Positions 1 to 12,072 of a DNA stretch of 64,000 bases are shown here, one piece after another. The notes under the pieces are model-generated. The model had not been told where the DNA came from, searched no databases, and was given only the letters and a program-made list of their open reading frames with translations. Every line of letters starts with the position of its first letter. Position 1 is the first letter of the stretch. This DNA is from Zootoca vivipara (Eukaryota), in contig NC_083288.1 in assembly GCF_963506605.1 (NCBI RefSeq), positions 28,706,001-28,770,000 of the forward strand, given 5' to 3'. Both the position numbers and the translations under genes were made by a program.

Positions 1-377
1 CACGGAAAAAATCAAAGGATTATACATGCATAACTCTTTCTTCCATCACAGCAGGCAGTTCAATAATACATTCATGCACTTGAGGAGAAAGGGCATTATG
101 GGGTGTGGCATGGTGAGAGTCCCAAACACCAGACAGAGCGAGCATGAGAACTGCATATGCCTCCTGGATATGAGATTCCACACCTCTGTACACATGTAGA
201 CTCTCCATGGTTAGAGGCTTCATACCAGTTGCTGGACAATGCAGGAGGAGAGAGTACAATTGTGCCCAGGTTCTGCTTGGGGATTTCCCATGAGCATATC
301 GCTTGCCACTGTGACAGCAGGATGCTGGCTTATATTGACCCTTGGTCTGAGTTCCTTTCCCTAGTAATAGTCCAAGA

Positions 378-513
378 AAGGCATAGGCAAACTTGGTCCT
401 CCAGATGTTTTGAGACTACAATTCCCATCATCCCTGACCACTGATCCTGTTAGCTGGAGATGATGGGAGTTGCAGTCCCAAAACATCTGGAGGGCCGAGT
501 TTGCCTATGCTTG
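378..513. mobile_element. hAT-type palindromic MITE
   Basis: Near-complete foldback; 8-bp TSD gtccaaga/ctccaaga. Confidence 0.8.
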
Positions 514-1369
514 CTCCAAGAGTTGGACACTACAGGGCAGGGCCAGTGGCTCAGGGTCTGAAGGCTTGACCCTGTTATTTCCCACATCCGAGTTACATAA
601 AACCTCCAAAAAGCTACTGTGTCATAGATAATAGTGACAATGTTAAATATGTACCTTGGTTTACTGGGTGTATCTGGCACTATTTAAAGTGCTGCTATTG
701 AACTTTGAAAACCTTCTGCAGGTTGAGGAAGGCCAATATCTTAACAGATAAATGTACTCAGGTCTTAAGATCAGCATAACAGATAGGCCCATGATCAAGA
801 TAAATGAAGTTACTGAGATTAAGAGACAGTGCCTTCTTTATTGTCATTCACCAATTTACACTGTTGTTCACTTTAAGTTGTTACATCCTTACTTTTTCAT
901 ACTGACTGTGTATGCGTATATTAACTTGCTTGTCGATGTGTTTTTGTTTTTACATTTTATTGTTACTGATACTCATCGAAAGATATGAAAAAGTTTATAC
1001 CCACCACAAAGTATCTTTTTAAAATATACTGGAATAAAGGGGTGGGTGGGGAATTAATCTAAAAAGAACCAGGAGCAAAGAGAAGGAAGAAGGATAGAGA
1101 GAGGGAAGAAAGAAAAAGAAAATAAAAATTTATGGGGGAGTAAAAGGGGGGAAATAAAAAGAAAAATGTTGAAAAGACTTTTAATTCTCTGTAAGCTAAA
1201 TATAACTAGTTGTTGAAAGTATTCACTCAAATGGATATCAAACTATTTTATTTTCTATAAACCATTATTTTTTACCCAATCTTCAATTCCAGTTATTAAA
1301 AGTTCATCTTCTCTTTCACGCAAAAAGTTCATAAGAAGTTTCCAATTCTTAATAAAAGTCTATAATGAC

Positions 1370-1528
1370 CGCTCCCCACATCAAATGGCCATACACCTAA
1401 TGCCTAAGCCAAATATCTGAAGTTTTAATAAAGTTGTGGCCAATTTTAATCCCATAACATAGTGTCTTGAGTCATTATTCCACCTGGGGGTCGCCTGGGG
1501 TTGGGGGGACTCGGCTTGTCCACGCAAT
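1370..1528 (+). mobile_element. Ngaro/DIRS-like terminal fragment nested in an L1-like piece
   Basis: gcctaagccaa...aataaagttgtggccaa...cacgcaa, as in 51960-52093. Confidence 0.55.
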
Positions 1529-1681
1529 GATTTTTCCTGATTAAACATGTTAAGTTTATTATCTCAGCTAAGTCCAATAATTTTATCAAACATTGCTCAA
1601 TAAGAGGGACTATATATTTCTAGAATTTGCTTGTTTTTTCATTGTTGATTACATTTGTTTGTTTGTAATTAAATAATTCCT

Positions 1682-2602
1682 TTACCTTACCATAAGTCTT
1701 CTTAAGGCTCCTTTTACTTCTTGATTTCTGAGTGTGTAGATTAATGGGTTTAACATAGGAGTCACAGTTCCATAGAAGAGAGAAATTGCCTTATCCAGTT
1801 CATGTGTGGCTTTAGTTTGAGGTCGGATATATGAGAATATAGCAGTGCCATAGAAAATGGTTACCACAGTCAAATGGGATGCACATGTGGAAAAGGCCTT
1901 CAGTCTCCCACCTGATGAATGGATTCTCAGAACAGCCACAATAATGCGTAAATATGAGAAAAGGATAAAGGTAAAAGGAGCAAGCAATGTGAGGGATCCA
2001 GTGAAGAACATAAGCAGTTGGCTCATGGAGGTATCTGAGCAAACAAGCTTCATAACAGCTATGAGTTCACATGTGAAATGATTGATCACATTTCTCCCAC
2101 AAAAGTGAGCTGGCATGGCATAAATAGGAATAACCCCTAAAAAAAAGGCACTTGACCATGTCCCAGCTGCTAACTGAATGCACAATCGCTTGTGCATAAC
2201 TAGCATGTAATGCAGTGGGCTGGAAATGGCTATAAGCCTGTCATAAGCCATGACAGCCAAGAGGAAGCATTCAGTCGTTCCTAACCAGACACCACTGCTC
2301 ATTTGCAAATAACACATTGCAAAGGACATGGTGGGTCTGTCCACCAAAAGATTTGCAATGGCTTGCGGGATGGAAGTTGTTGAATAGCCAATGTCGAGGA
2401 AGGACAGATTACTGAGGAAAAAGTACATGGGGTTGTGGAGTCGAGGATCAGCAATGGTGCCCAAAATAATAAGAACATTTCCCGCAATGGTTACGGAGTA
2501 GACAGCAGTCAGGAAAGCTATTAATCCCATCCTTGTCTTTGGTCGACCAGAATAGCCAATGAGGACAAATTCAGTCACTGCAGTCTCATTTTCATCTTCC
2601 AT
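1682..2602 (-). CDS. Olfactory receptor (class II/gamma), OR1, 306 aa
   Basis: Hallmark OR motifs GN, LHNPMYFFLSNLS, MAYDRLIAISSPLHY, KAFSTCASHL, PMLNPLIYTLRN and N-terminal NET glycosylation site. The ORF track start at 2614 is TTG; the first ATG is at 2602. Confidence 0.95.
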   Translation of the reverse strand: MEDENETAVTEFVLIGYSGRPKTRMGLIAFLTAVYSVTIAGNVLIILGTIADPRLHNPMYFFLSNLSFLDIGYSTTSIPQAIANLLVDRPTMSFAMCYLQMSSGVWLGTTECFLLAVMAYDRLIAISSPLHYMLVMHKRLCIQLAAGTWSSAFFLGVIPIYAMPAHFCGRNVINHFTCELIAVMKLVCSDTSMSQLLMFFTGSLTLLAPFTFILFSYLRIIVAVLRIHSSGGRLKAFSTCASHLTVVTIFYGTAIFSYIRPQTKATHELDKAISLFYGTVTPMLNPLIYTLRNQEVKGALRRLMVR

Positions 2603-3892
2603 ATTCTGAATCAAGTATTATCTTCAATGACACTGAGAACGGGATTTTCTAAACAAAGGACATAACCAACGTGCTGGTCAATAGTATTCAGGCATTTCAG
2701 TCATTAACACATTGTAAAATGCTAAAAAAAAACACACAAGCAATTATATTTAAAACCGTACAAATCTTACTCCTTTTAAATTACATAAAAACTCAATTGC
2801 AGCCATGTAAGTACTCTTGTAACTTGCTTACATTCTAACCTCTGTAACTGAGAAATAGTTTAGGTGGGGGGGGGGGGAGAATTGGATAAATGCATTGCAA
2901 ACTGTGGAAATCCCCTATCGATCTGCCATATTCCTTCTTCCTTATCTTGCTGGTTTAATCTCATCATCAAATGGCTGTCTGATGATGCATAATCTTGGCA
3001 AACATTGGGGTGTGACTTCTTAATAGTATGGCATACATCTCCCACAGACAATCTGAAATTTGTGTTTTAGAAAAGCTGCATTAATAATTCAGAAATTGTG
3101 GTGACACACAAGTTTCCAAGAAAGACAAGGAATTTTTCCCAGTATCATTTGAAAAGATAAAAATGCCCCCTAACTAATCAATTGATGCAATTGATTCTGA
3201 ATGAATTCTATTTTTATGAATGAATATAAAAAATTGCTAATGGATGCACTGGGAAGAGCACTCAGTATGGGGGGAAACTATTGATCCTCGTGGAGAATGC
3301 AACAAGGCTCACACAGTCCAATTAATAACTAAATCTTGTACTTTGAATTTATGTAGAAGTCTCCGTATTGTCTTAGTTCAATTGGACTCATGGGAGAAAG
3401 TTACTATGCTAACTTACTTAAATTCAGTTAACTCAGGATTCAGGTCTGAATTTTCTGATTTCCCCTGCCACTGAAGCAATGCATTGTTCAGGCAATCTCC
3501 CTGACCCTCAAAAAGAGCTGCAGAAGGATGATGGAAAACTGTTCTTCTGCAAACCTCTATAACAGTATAATTATATTGCTGCTTTCAAAGTACGTTCCGC
3601 TAACATCAGATATCACAAGGATTTGTGATGGTAGGTTCACATAGGATTGAATCCAACACCATGTCTAACCATAAGTAGAAAACATATTGAATTCAATCAG
3701 ATGTACTCCAAGATTATCAAAGAAATATGATTTGTGGGACTGCATGTGTGTGTGCATACAATGGATGCCCAAACCCATAAGTGCAAATGAATTAATTGCT
3801 GCTTTGCACATTTGAATTTTTGTTTTCATTTTGTTTAATCTTCCCAATATATTTAACAAGCTGAATACAGCATTCAAGTTCAGCTTCCCATT

Positions 3893-4061
3893 NNNNNNNN
3901 NNNNNNNNNNNNNNNNNNNNNNNNNNNNNNNNNNNNNNNNNNNNNNNNNNNNNNNNNNNNNNNNNNNNNNNNNNNNNNNNNNNNNNNNNNNNNNNNNNNN
4001 NNNNNNNNNNNNNNNNNNNNNNNNNNNNNNNNNNNNNNNNNNNNNNNNNNNNNNNNNNNNN
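3893..4061. other. Assembly gap
   Basis: Run of N. Confidence 1.
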
Positions 4062-4510
4062 CAGTGAATACCTTCAAATGCCTTTGACCTTCAAAGCATT
4101 TTGGATGCCCTTCTTCAGCATCTGTTGTTAAATTGAGAGTTGACATATTTTAACAACTGGTCTTCACCTGGTGGATCATGATCCACTCATGGGTCACAGC
4201 CAGACCCAAGATGGCCATCTAGAGCAGTCTTTCAGATATGGAAGGTAAAAAAGAAGAAGAAGCTTGAAAAATCAATATTTGATCTTAAGGTGGATCCTGA
4301 GTGTGAAAAGGTTTTATAACATTGTGGGAACACAGTTGAAAGGATTGCAGTAATAAAGTATCAATCTCTGATCCTTGGAAAGTTTCAAAATGTTCTCAAT
4401 AGAGAGAAAGGCAGTGCAGAAGGCAATGGATATATGTTCTGGGAAAGAAAACTCCTTCTCCCAGCTTATTTCCTTAGTTTATATTTTTAAATACGCGTCC
4501 TTATTCTGCG

Positions 4511-4544
4511 TTCCTTTGGGTACATAGTCCCAGGAGCCTCATTG
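4511..4544 (-). promoter_or_regulatory. Putative OR1 promoter module (HD + Ebf + Ebf-like)
   Basis: Minus strand CAATGA-G-GCTCCTGGGA-CTATGT-ACCCAAAGGA, 1.9 kb upstream of the ATG (an N gap lies between). Confidence 0.6.
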
Positions 4545-4647
4545 ATTCAGCAGCCTCAAGAATACACTCATTTGTACCTGCTCAAATTGCAAAGAAAAAT
4601 AAAGAAATATGATGTGTTTTATGTGGGGGTGGTCCATAATACAGCAG

Positions 4648-4997
4648 TAAAGGTAAGGGTACCCCTGACCATTAGGTCCAGTCGAGGACGTCTCTGGGGT
4701 TGCGGCGCTCATCTTGCTCTATAGGCCAAGGGAGTCGGTGTTTGTCTGCAGACAGCTTCCGGGTCATGACTAAGCCGCTTCTGGCGAACCAGAGCAGCAC
4801 ACGGAGCCGCCGTTTACCTTCCCACTGGAGCAGTACCTATTTATCTACTTGCACTTTGACATGCTTTCAAACTACTACCTTGGCAGGAGCAGGGACCAAA
4901 CAATGGGAGATCACCCCGTCGCAGGGATTTGAACCACCGACCTTCTGATTGGCAAGCCCTAGGCTCTGTGGTTTAACCCACAGTGCCACCCGCACCC
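4648..4997 (-). mobile_element. Sauria SINE
   Basis: tRNA-like head and (ACCTTT)-type tail; matches the other copies in the window. Confidence 0.9.
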
Positions 4998-5493
4998 AGT
5001 GTACAACAGTAGAGTACATTTTAAATGAAAGTTGCCCAACACCTCATGGTAGGGCTGGGCAAAACTCCTGCCTGATATCCTGGAGAGCTTCCAGCAGTCA
5101 CTAAAGACAATACCGAACCACGTGGACCAGTGGTCTGAGATTGTATAAGGTGACTTTTAATGTTCCTATGTTTCACAACAGTTCCAAACTCATCCCCCTC
5201 ACTGTTTAAATTCCTTGATGGGCTGATTTCCAAACTCCCTTTATCTACAAACATTTCTTAGAATTTGAATAGTTTGGTTATTGAATGACATGGATGGAGA
5301 TACTTCTACCTAAAAATGTTTACCTTTGACATGTCAATTAGATTTGCAAGAATCTTTTATTAGCAATACTAACAGAACAGGTCCAGATAAAACATTGCTC
5401 CCTGTTTAAATATACTTTTAATGTGGCACCTTTCCCCTTCCCAGTTGTCTTCTTAATGCTCCTGTTACTTCAGTTTCATTCAGCTGATAATAA

Positions 5494-5935
5494 TGTTGGA
5501 GATTCATTCCCCGTGTTTGCATTCATGGGATTATTGTCTCTCACATGATGATATATGTTCACATTCCACAGAGTGGGAAGTGATGAAGAAAGGATGTTTG
5601 GTTTACTGTGTGTTCCTGAAGTGGGACTATTGTCCTTTGTTCTTTTTCTTTGCTGTCTGATGCTAGAGAGAGGGGGAGCCATGTTGCAGTGCTCTGTGTG
5701 TGTTTATAGATAAATAAAATAGATTAGCCAAATCCTGTGCTACTGAGGTTTGTTACACAATTGTGCAAACTCTGTGGATCCATAAGTGTGCTGATGTCGC
5801 TTGGCATCAGTTGCTGTGGTGTTCGGGAATAAGAATGCTTTTGAAGCTCCTGAATGATCGACCAGGAGAGAGAGAAGATGCCAGTAGGGCATGTGTGTTT
5901 ACCAGGGTCTTACTCGAGAGTAGGAGATCCTAACA
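5494..5935. mobile_element. Solo LTR
   Basis: TGTTGGA...CCTAACA termini with 5-bp TSD aataa. Confidence 0.85.
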
Positions 5936-6157
5936 AATAAGTCTTTCAACAGACAGGACACAATTTTCAACAGTCTCTCTTCCTTCTTCTGTCATTCCTA
6001 TTCATCTACGTCTGTTCTTGGGGGCAGATGCATGTCTCAACCATCTAGACTACATCTAGGCAGGACTGGGGGAGCCTCAAGTTAAAGTAACGATAAATTA
6101 TAAATAGATAAAAAGTTGCATAAACCTTCTAAGTATCTGGATATTTACAATACTTAA

Positions 6158-6336
6158 TAAAGGTAAAGGGACCCCTGACCATCAGGTCCAGTCATGTCCG
6201 ACTGTGGGGTTGCGGCACTCATCTCGCTCTATAGGCCGAGGGAGCCAGCGTTTGTCCACAGACAGCTTCCGGGTCATGTGGCCAGCATGACAAAGCTGCT
6301 TCTGGTGAACCAGAGCAGCGCACAGAAACACCGTTT
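6158..6336 (-). mobile_element. Sauria SINE, 3' half
   Basis: Similarity to the 3' part of 21294-21660. Confidence 0.85.
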
Positions 6337-7670
6337 AGCTGGAAATTGCTTCCCTGTGATAATCATGAAATATATTGTAGTCGAGGCTGGTGATCCATCA
6401 TTTTTAATTTGATTGCTTAATAGTTTTCGATTTGTTTTAAAAAATGAAAAGTATGCATTTTTTTAAAAAAATTCAATAATATTGAATGTGAAATCTTAAA
6501 CATTTTTATTTGACTATTAAATAAGATGTAAAAAATTATACATTGCTTGATTTCAAATAATAAACAAACAAACAAAACTCCCCAAGCTGTTTACAAAAAT
6601 GATAAAACTATCAATAAGAACAATTAACAGAAATAATTTAACACTTTTGAAAAGTTAAAGTAACAATAAATTAAAAAAAGATTAAAAGTTGCATAAAGCT
6701 TCTAAGTATCTAGATATTTACAATACTTAATATTTTTGTCATTTCTCCTGGGTGTCCTTTATTACTAGTTGCTATTAAATGAAAGAAATGCCCAATAAGA
6801 CTTATTACTTTGTGTCTTAGTTAGCTGATATTATTAAACCATGTTCTTCCTCTACATTCCCGATGGGGTATATTCCCAAGTATGTCACTGATTCGAATTT
6901 AGACTTAAAACCTAGAATACATTTTAGACTTTATTTGGTTGTATATAATTTTATGTTTATTTGAGTTAGAGTTGAACTATACTTGAAGTATGAGGACATT
7001 ACTTTGTATTTTTTATGTTGTACTTTACAATTGATGATTTGATGTATTTTAAACATTTTTCAATAAAGGATTAAAAAAAGAAAAAAAGAACAGCCTCATA
7101 TCATGCAAAATTCATGCTGTTAATCTCTAAAGAAAGAAATTAAGCATCCAAATAATTTTTCATTCAGGTAGAAGTGAACGTAGGCAAATAGGATTGCTGC
7201 CCCCTCTGAAACTGACTGCAGTCATAGACGTGGCTTCCGGTTTAAAACAAAGTGGAGGAGGGCTGCAATAGAGGATAGAATATCAACCCACATAAATATT
7301 TTTTGAAAAAAGTTGAAAGAACAGGGGGGGGGGAATTACTGAATTGTCCATATATCATTCTCTGATATATGGACAATTCAGTAACTTCTTCCCCTGGGAG
7401 GAGGGTGGAGAGAGCATGGGAAGAGAAGAAAGGAAAATTCAATTGCACTTGCAGAGATCATTGCATAATATAAACTTAATTCTACATCCTCAGTAGATTT
7501 AACTAGGGGGTAGAAAATAATAGAATATAGTTGTTCCATTGAAAAAATGTTATCACAAACAAGTAGAACATACCAGTGGATAAAGGCTTGTTCAAAAGCA
7601 GTAGCACCTATGAGAACTTAATTCTGTTCACTATCTCTATGCTCAAATGTTTTTGTTTTTTTTTAAAAAA

Positions 7671-8600
7671 TTAATTCTCTTTTCTTCCCACAAGTCTTTT
7701 TAATGCTCCTTTTACTTCCTGATTCCTGAGTGTATATATGAGTGGATTTAACATGGGAGTCACTATTCCATAGAAGGCAGAAATTATCTTGTCCAATTCA
7801 TGGGTACTTTTAGTTTGTGGTCGGAGATACGAGAATATAGCAGTGCCATAGAAGATTGTTACTACTGTCAAGTGGGATGCACATGTGGAGAAGGCCTTCT
7901 GTCTCCCACCTGATGAATGAATTCTCAGAATTGCCACAACAATACGCAGGTATGAGAAAATGATAAAGGCAAAGGGGGCAAGCAAGGTAAGAACGCCAGT
8001 TAAGAACATCACCAGTTGGTTCATGGAGGTATCTGAACAAACCAACTTCAAAACTGCTTTGAGTTCACATGTCAAATGGTCAATCACATTTTGTTTACAA
8101 AAGCGAGCTGGCATGGTATAAATGGGGATTACCCCCAAGAATAAGCCACTTGCCCATGTCCCGGCTGCTAACTGAATACAAAACTTCCTGCTCATTATTA
8201 GTGTGTAATGTAGTGGACTGGAAATGGCTATATACCTATCATAAGCCATGATGGCCAAAAGGAAGCATTCAGTCACGCCCAAGCCAACACTAATGCTCAT
8301 TTGCAAGTAACACATTGTATAGGACATGGTGGGCTTGTCCACCAGGAGGTTTGCAATGGACTGTGGGACTGAAGATGTTGAATATCCAATGTCAAGGAGG
8401 GAAAGGTTACTGAGGAAAAAGTACATGGGGTTGTGGAGTCGAGGGTCACTTGCAATCACCAAGATGATGAGGCCATTTCCCACCACTGTTATAGAATACA
8501 CAACAGTCACGAAAACTAGTAATCCTATCCTTGTCTTTGGTCTACCAGAATAGCCGATGAGGACAAACTCAGTTACTGTCGTCTCATTTTCCTCTTCCAT
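7671..8600 (-). CDS. Olfactory receptor OR2, 309 aa, closest paralog of OR1
   Basis: LHNPMYFFLSNLS, MAYDRYIAISSPLHY, KAFSTCASHL, PMLNPLIYTLRN; intact ORF. Confidence 0.96.
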   Translation of the reverse strand: MEEENETTVTEFVLIGYSGRPKTRIGLLVFVTVVYSITVVGNGLIILVIASDPRLHNPMYFFLSNLSLLDIGYSTSSVPQSIANLLVDKPTMSYTMCYLQMSISVGLGVTECFLLAIMAYDRYIAISSPLHYTLIMSRKFCIQLAAGTWASGLFLGVIPIYTMPARFCKQNVIDHLTCELKAVLKLVCSDTSMNQLVMFLTGVLTLLAPFAFIIFSYLRIVVAILRIHSSGGRQKAFSTCASHLTVVTIFYGTAIFSYLRPQTKSTHELDKIISAFYGIVTPMLNPLIYTLRNQEVKGALKRLVGRKEN

Positions 8601-9903
8601 ACCCTGAATTCAGTATTATCTGCAAAGACATACAGAAAGGAATTAATCTAAATCAAGGCCATGGTCAAACTACAAAAGAACATTATGCACGCAAGCCTTT
8701 CGGTCAGAGGGGAGGACGACATTTTCTTATGATGCTTTATTTTATTTAATCAGAAAGTTGGTGTGACAATATTACTTCTCTTCAAGTATCATAGGGAAAA
8801 TAATACACATTGTATAATTTAAACATTGTATAATTCTTTGCATGTACGAGATTCTTGATTAAATTATGAAAAACAACACTTTGAATGCAATAAAATGTAA
8901 TCCAAAATGTATTTGTTTAGGGCTTTTTAAGTTCATAAATGTGTTATATATAAAAACCCTACAAAAAATTCAATTTTGTGTGTGACAAACACCAAAATTC
9001 AATTCAATTTTTGTGTGTGACAAACACCAAAAAACCTTACTCAAATTAATAAACAAGATTAATAAAGATGTAAATGTAGCAACAAATAACATTATTATAC
9101 GGTATTTATTATCTACCTTTTCTTAAGGAAAAATAAATGACTGTTTCTTAGCTATGGTTTTACCATTCCATTAATTTACAAAAAGGACAATCTTTCAGTA
9201 AACTTATTATCTCTATATTCTCTTTCACTTTATATACCCTAGAAACTGCAATATGTGAATTGCCTAAGAGCAAATCTAGATCCAAGCGATTTTGCTTAAT
9301 CTGATTGCAGTTAGAATACTCACAGTTTTTCAAAATATAACACATCATCTTTCAGCTGGATAAATTTGGCAAGAGAAATAAAGAATGAAATGAAAACACA
9401 ACAATACCTTTAAATGCTTTTGCCGTTTAAACCTCTGTGGATGTCCCGTGTCTTCCTTTGTCCTTAAATCAAGAAGCAGGATTCTTTAAATTACATGGGA
9501 ATTGCATCCAATCAGTATGTGGAACAATCAGAAAAATCTAAAGATGTTTGAATGGCAACTAGAAAACTAATTCAATGTAATCTTTTATGAGATTTTAGAA
9601 TAATAGTAAGAAGAAAATTAGGTAAAACTAGATACCATATAAGAGGATGCATTTTGCATCTCTTTCATTATGGCATCCTCATTGAAAATGTGTGAAATTG
9701 TCCCTGTGCAGCCCCACAATAAATGCTTGCATTAATAAAGTCTCCTTTTGTGTTCCACAGAACAAAAGTCCAACTATTTTGTTGTTGTTCTTAGGCATCC
9801 ATATAACAGCAAAAAAAAAAAAAAAAAAAAAAGCCCAATAGGACTTTGGTTGACTTTGTTCCTTAGTTGCTTGCTATTTTTAATGAATACTCTCCCTCTT
9901 CAC

Positions 9904-9936
9904 TCCTATGGGTGCATAATCCCAGGAGAATGAATC
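9904..9936 (-). promoter_or_regulatory. Putative OR2 promoter module (HD part degraded)
   Basis: Minus strand TCTCCTGGGA-TTATGC-ACCCATAGGA; paralogous to 4511-4544. Confidence 0.55.
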
Positions 9937-10937
9937 AGCATTCTCAAGAATATTCTTAAACAATGCCAACTTTCATGCCAAACTTTCATGCCACTCTGCA
10001 GGAATATGGATCTACATATTGCTTAATCTGAAGGAAGACTTGGTTGGTCAGGTCCTGCTGGTGAGCCTCCCATAGCCTATTTGGGAACCAAGATGTTGGA
10101 TTAAATGGGCTTCTTCTGTTTTTTGTTTGTTTGTTTTTTTCTGTTGCAGGTAGAAACTCCTTGTGTTCTTCTTTTCTGTGTATAGGGTAATTAAGAGTCA
10201 AAATGAACACATTGAAGAGGAGCCTCTAATATCAGAAGATTGTTGGTTTAAAAGCCTTAATTACTGAATGACCACAGAAACAGAGAATCATAGAATTGTA
10301 GAGTTGAAAGGGATCCAGAGGGTCTTCTAATCCAAACCCCGGCAATGCAAGAATCTCAAATAAAGCATCCATGACAAATGGCTAAAAAAAAATCCATGGA
10401 AGGAGAGTCAACCTCCCAAAGGTGTCCATAGGATGGTCTATGGACAATCGCCATCTTCATTTTTGCCTTAATTTATTTGAATATATTCACAGATTAGGGT
10501 GTGTGCTAATGTGAATAGGGCTAGTAATCAAACTCATTAAAGTGTTGCATTAATATATATTGAGGCGTAGTGGATCACTTTAAGAATTTAAACTGGGACG
10601 ACATGGATCCTGACATTCACCATCATCTAACTGAACTCATTTAAGAAAAGAGTGCTCAACTGTGTTTTCTGGTTCCATCGCCTCTGTCTCTTCCCTGTTG
10701 CTCACTCTCACTAAATTGCACATGTTGGAAGTGTCACACAGCAGTAAATTAATCACGCAGTCTACTTCTTAAACAGAAAAAAACAAAGTTATTCATAAAC
10801 AGCATAGTTAAAGAGCATACATAGAGAGCTGAAAGCAGCTATCTGACTCTTCACAGAGGCACAGTCTTCGTTACTGATTTACTAGAGTCCTGGAGCCATT
10901 CTGTCGGCAACAACACAACACACACACTGGCTGAGAC

Positions 10938-11600
10938 CAGGGGCGGAGCTAGGGGGCAGAGGGGGCAGGACACCCTGGGTTACTCTCTGGGGGTGTGTGA
11001 CAGTCGGTGCCCCACCCAGCGACTCCCAAGCCGAGCCCCTCCAGCCTCCCGGTAAAAAGCCCGTTCAGCACAGCATGGCGCGCTGCGCCAGTGGACTTTC
11101 TACCTGGAGCCTGGATGCTCCGTTTAGGCTCTGTTTTGAAGTCGCGGGGGTTGCGATCCCCCTCTACGTTGTACGCATGCGTCATCACGTAGCGCCGCCG
11201 CCCCCCTGGGTGCATGGCAATTTGCCGCCCCAGGTGTCACCATACCTGCCAAGTCTCCCACAGAAAAATACGGGATCAGCAGCAGCAGCAGCGGCACCGG
11301 AAGTTGCACCGGAAGCCATCTTGGGGTGGCCACATGGTGGCAGCCATCTTAGGGGTGGCCATGCGGCCACCTCCAAGATGGCCACAGCCATGTGGCCACC
11401 CCTAAGATCGCCGTTGGGCATGCGTAGGAGCTATTTCCAGCGCCAGCGGCGGCCATTTTCTGGTGCCCATAGATGGTCAAACCGGCACCAGAAAAATGGC
11501 TGCCGGCAGGAGCGAATTTAAGGGAGAGGAGCTCAAACGGGAGAACGCCGGGAAATGGTAAGGAAAAATGGGGGTTTCCTGGGGAATACGGGGTACTGTT
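10938..11600. mobile_element. GC/CpG-rich DNA-transposon-like insert(s)
   Basis: Begins caggggcggagcta (hAT-like terminus); internal ggcagccatctt/aagatggc repeats. Right end unclear. Confidence 0.5.
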
Positions 11601-11937
11601 TGCTGTTAACAGTTAACGATTAGCAAGCTTGAATGATTGTGCAAGGCCTTGTAGGTCTTGCCCCTTCTGCTCTTAAGAACCTTTGTCTCATGACAGGAAG
11701 AGCTGATCTGAACAATAATAACAGGCAAAGCACCTTTACAGTCTTGTTTTTGGCACCTCCTGAAAACCTCTTTTCTTCTTTGTTTCCACAAGCCTCCTCA
11801 GGCATGGAATTTCAATATCCCATTTTATTGTGTAAGATTGTTTTTTTTTTTAATTGCTGGTGTTTTTTATATTTAAAAATGTAAATGATCCTTTTTAAGG
11901 TTTGGTTGTATCAATATTTTTAATGAATTGTTTAGAT

Positions 11938-12072
11938 CAGGCATTCCCAAACTTCGGCCCTCCAGATGTTTTGGACTACAATTCCCATCTTCCCCGACCA
12001 CTGGTCCTGTTAGCTAGGGATCATGGGAGTTGTAGGCCAAAAATCTGGAGGGCCGCAGTTTGGGGATGCCTG
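11938..12072. mobile_element. hAT-type palindromic MITE (same family as 378-513)
   Basis: CAGGCAT...ATGCCTG TIRs; perfect 8-bp TSD gtttagat. Confidence 0.9.

Noticed and set aside
1812-2081. Recurrent alternative-frame and antisense ORFs over OR genes
   Set aside because: They recur only because the OR CDSs are paralogous; they are short and lack independent evidence.
10997-11521. 174-aa GC-rich ORF / CpG island
   Set aside because: Low-complexity ORFs in several frames inside a transposon-like insert; no recognisable domain.
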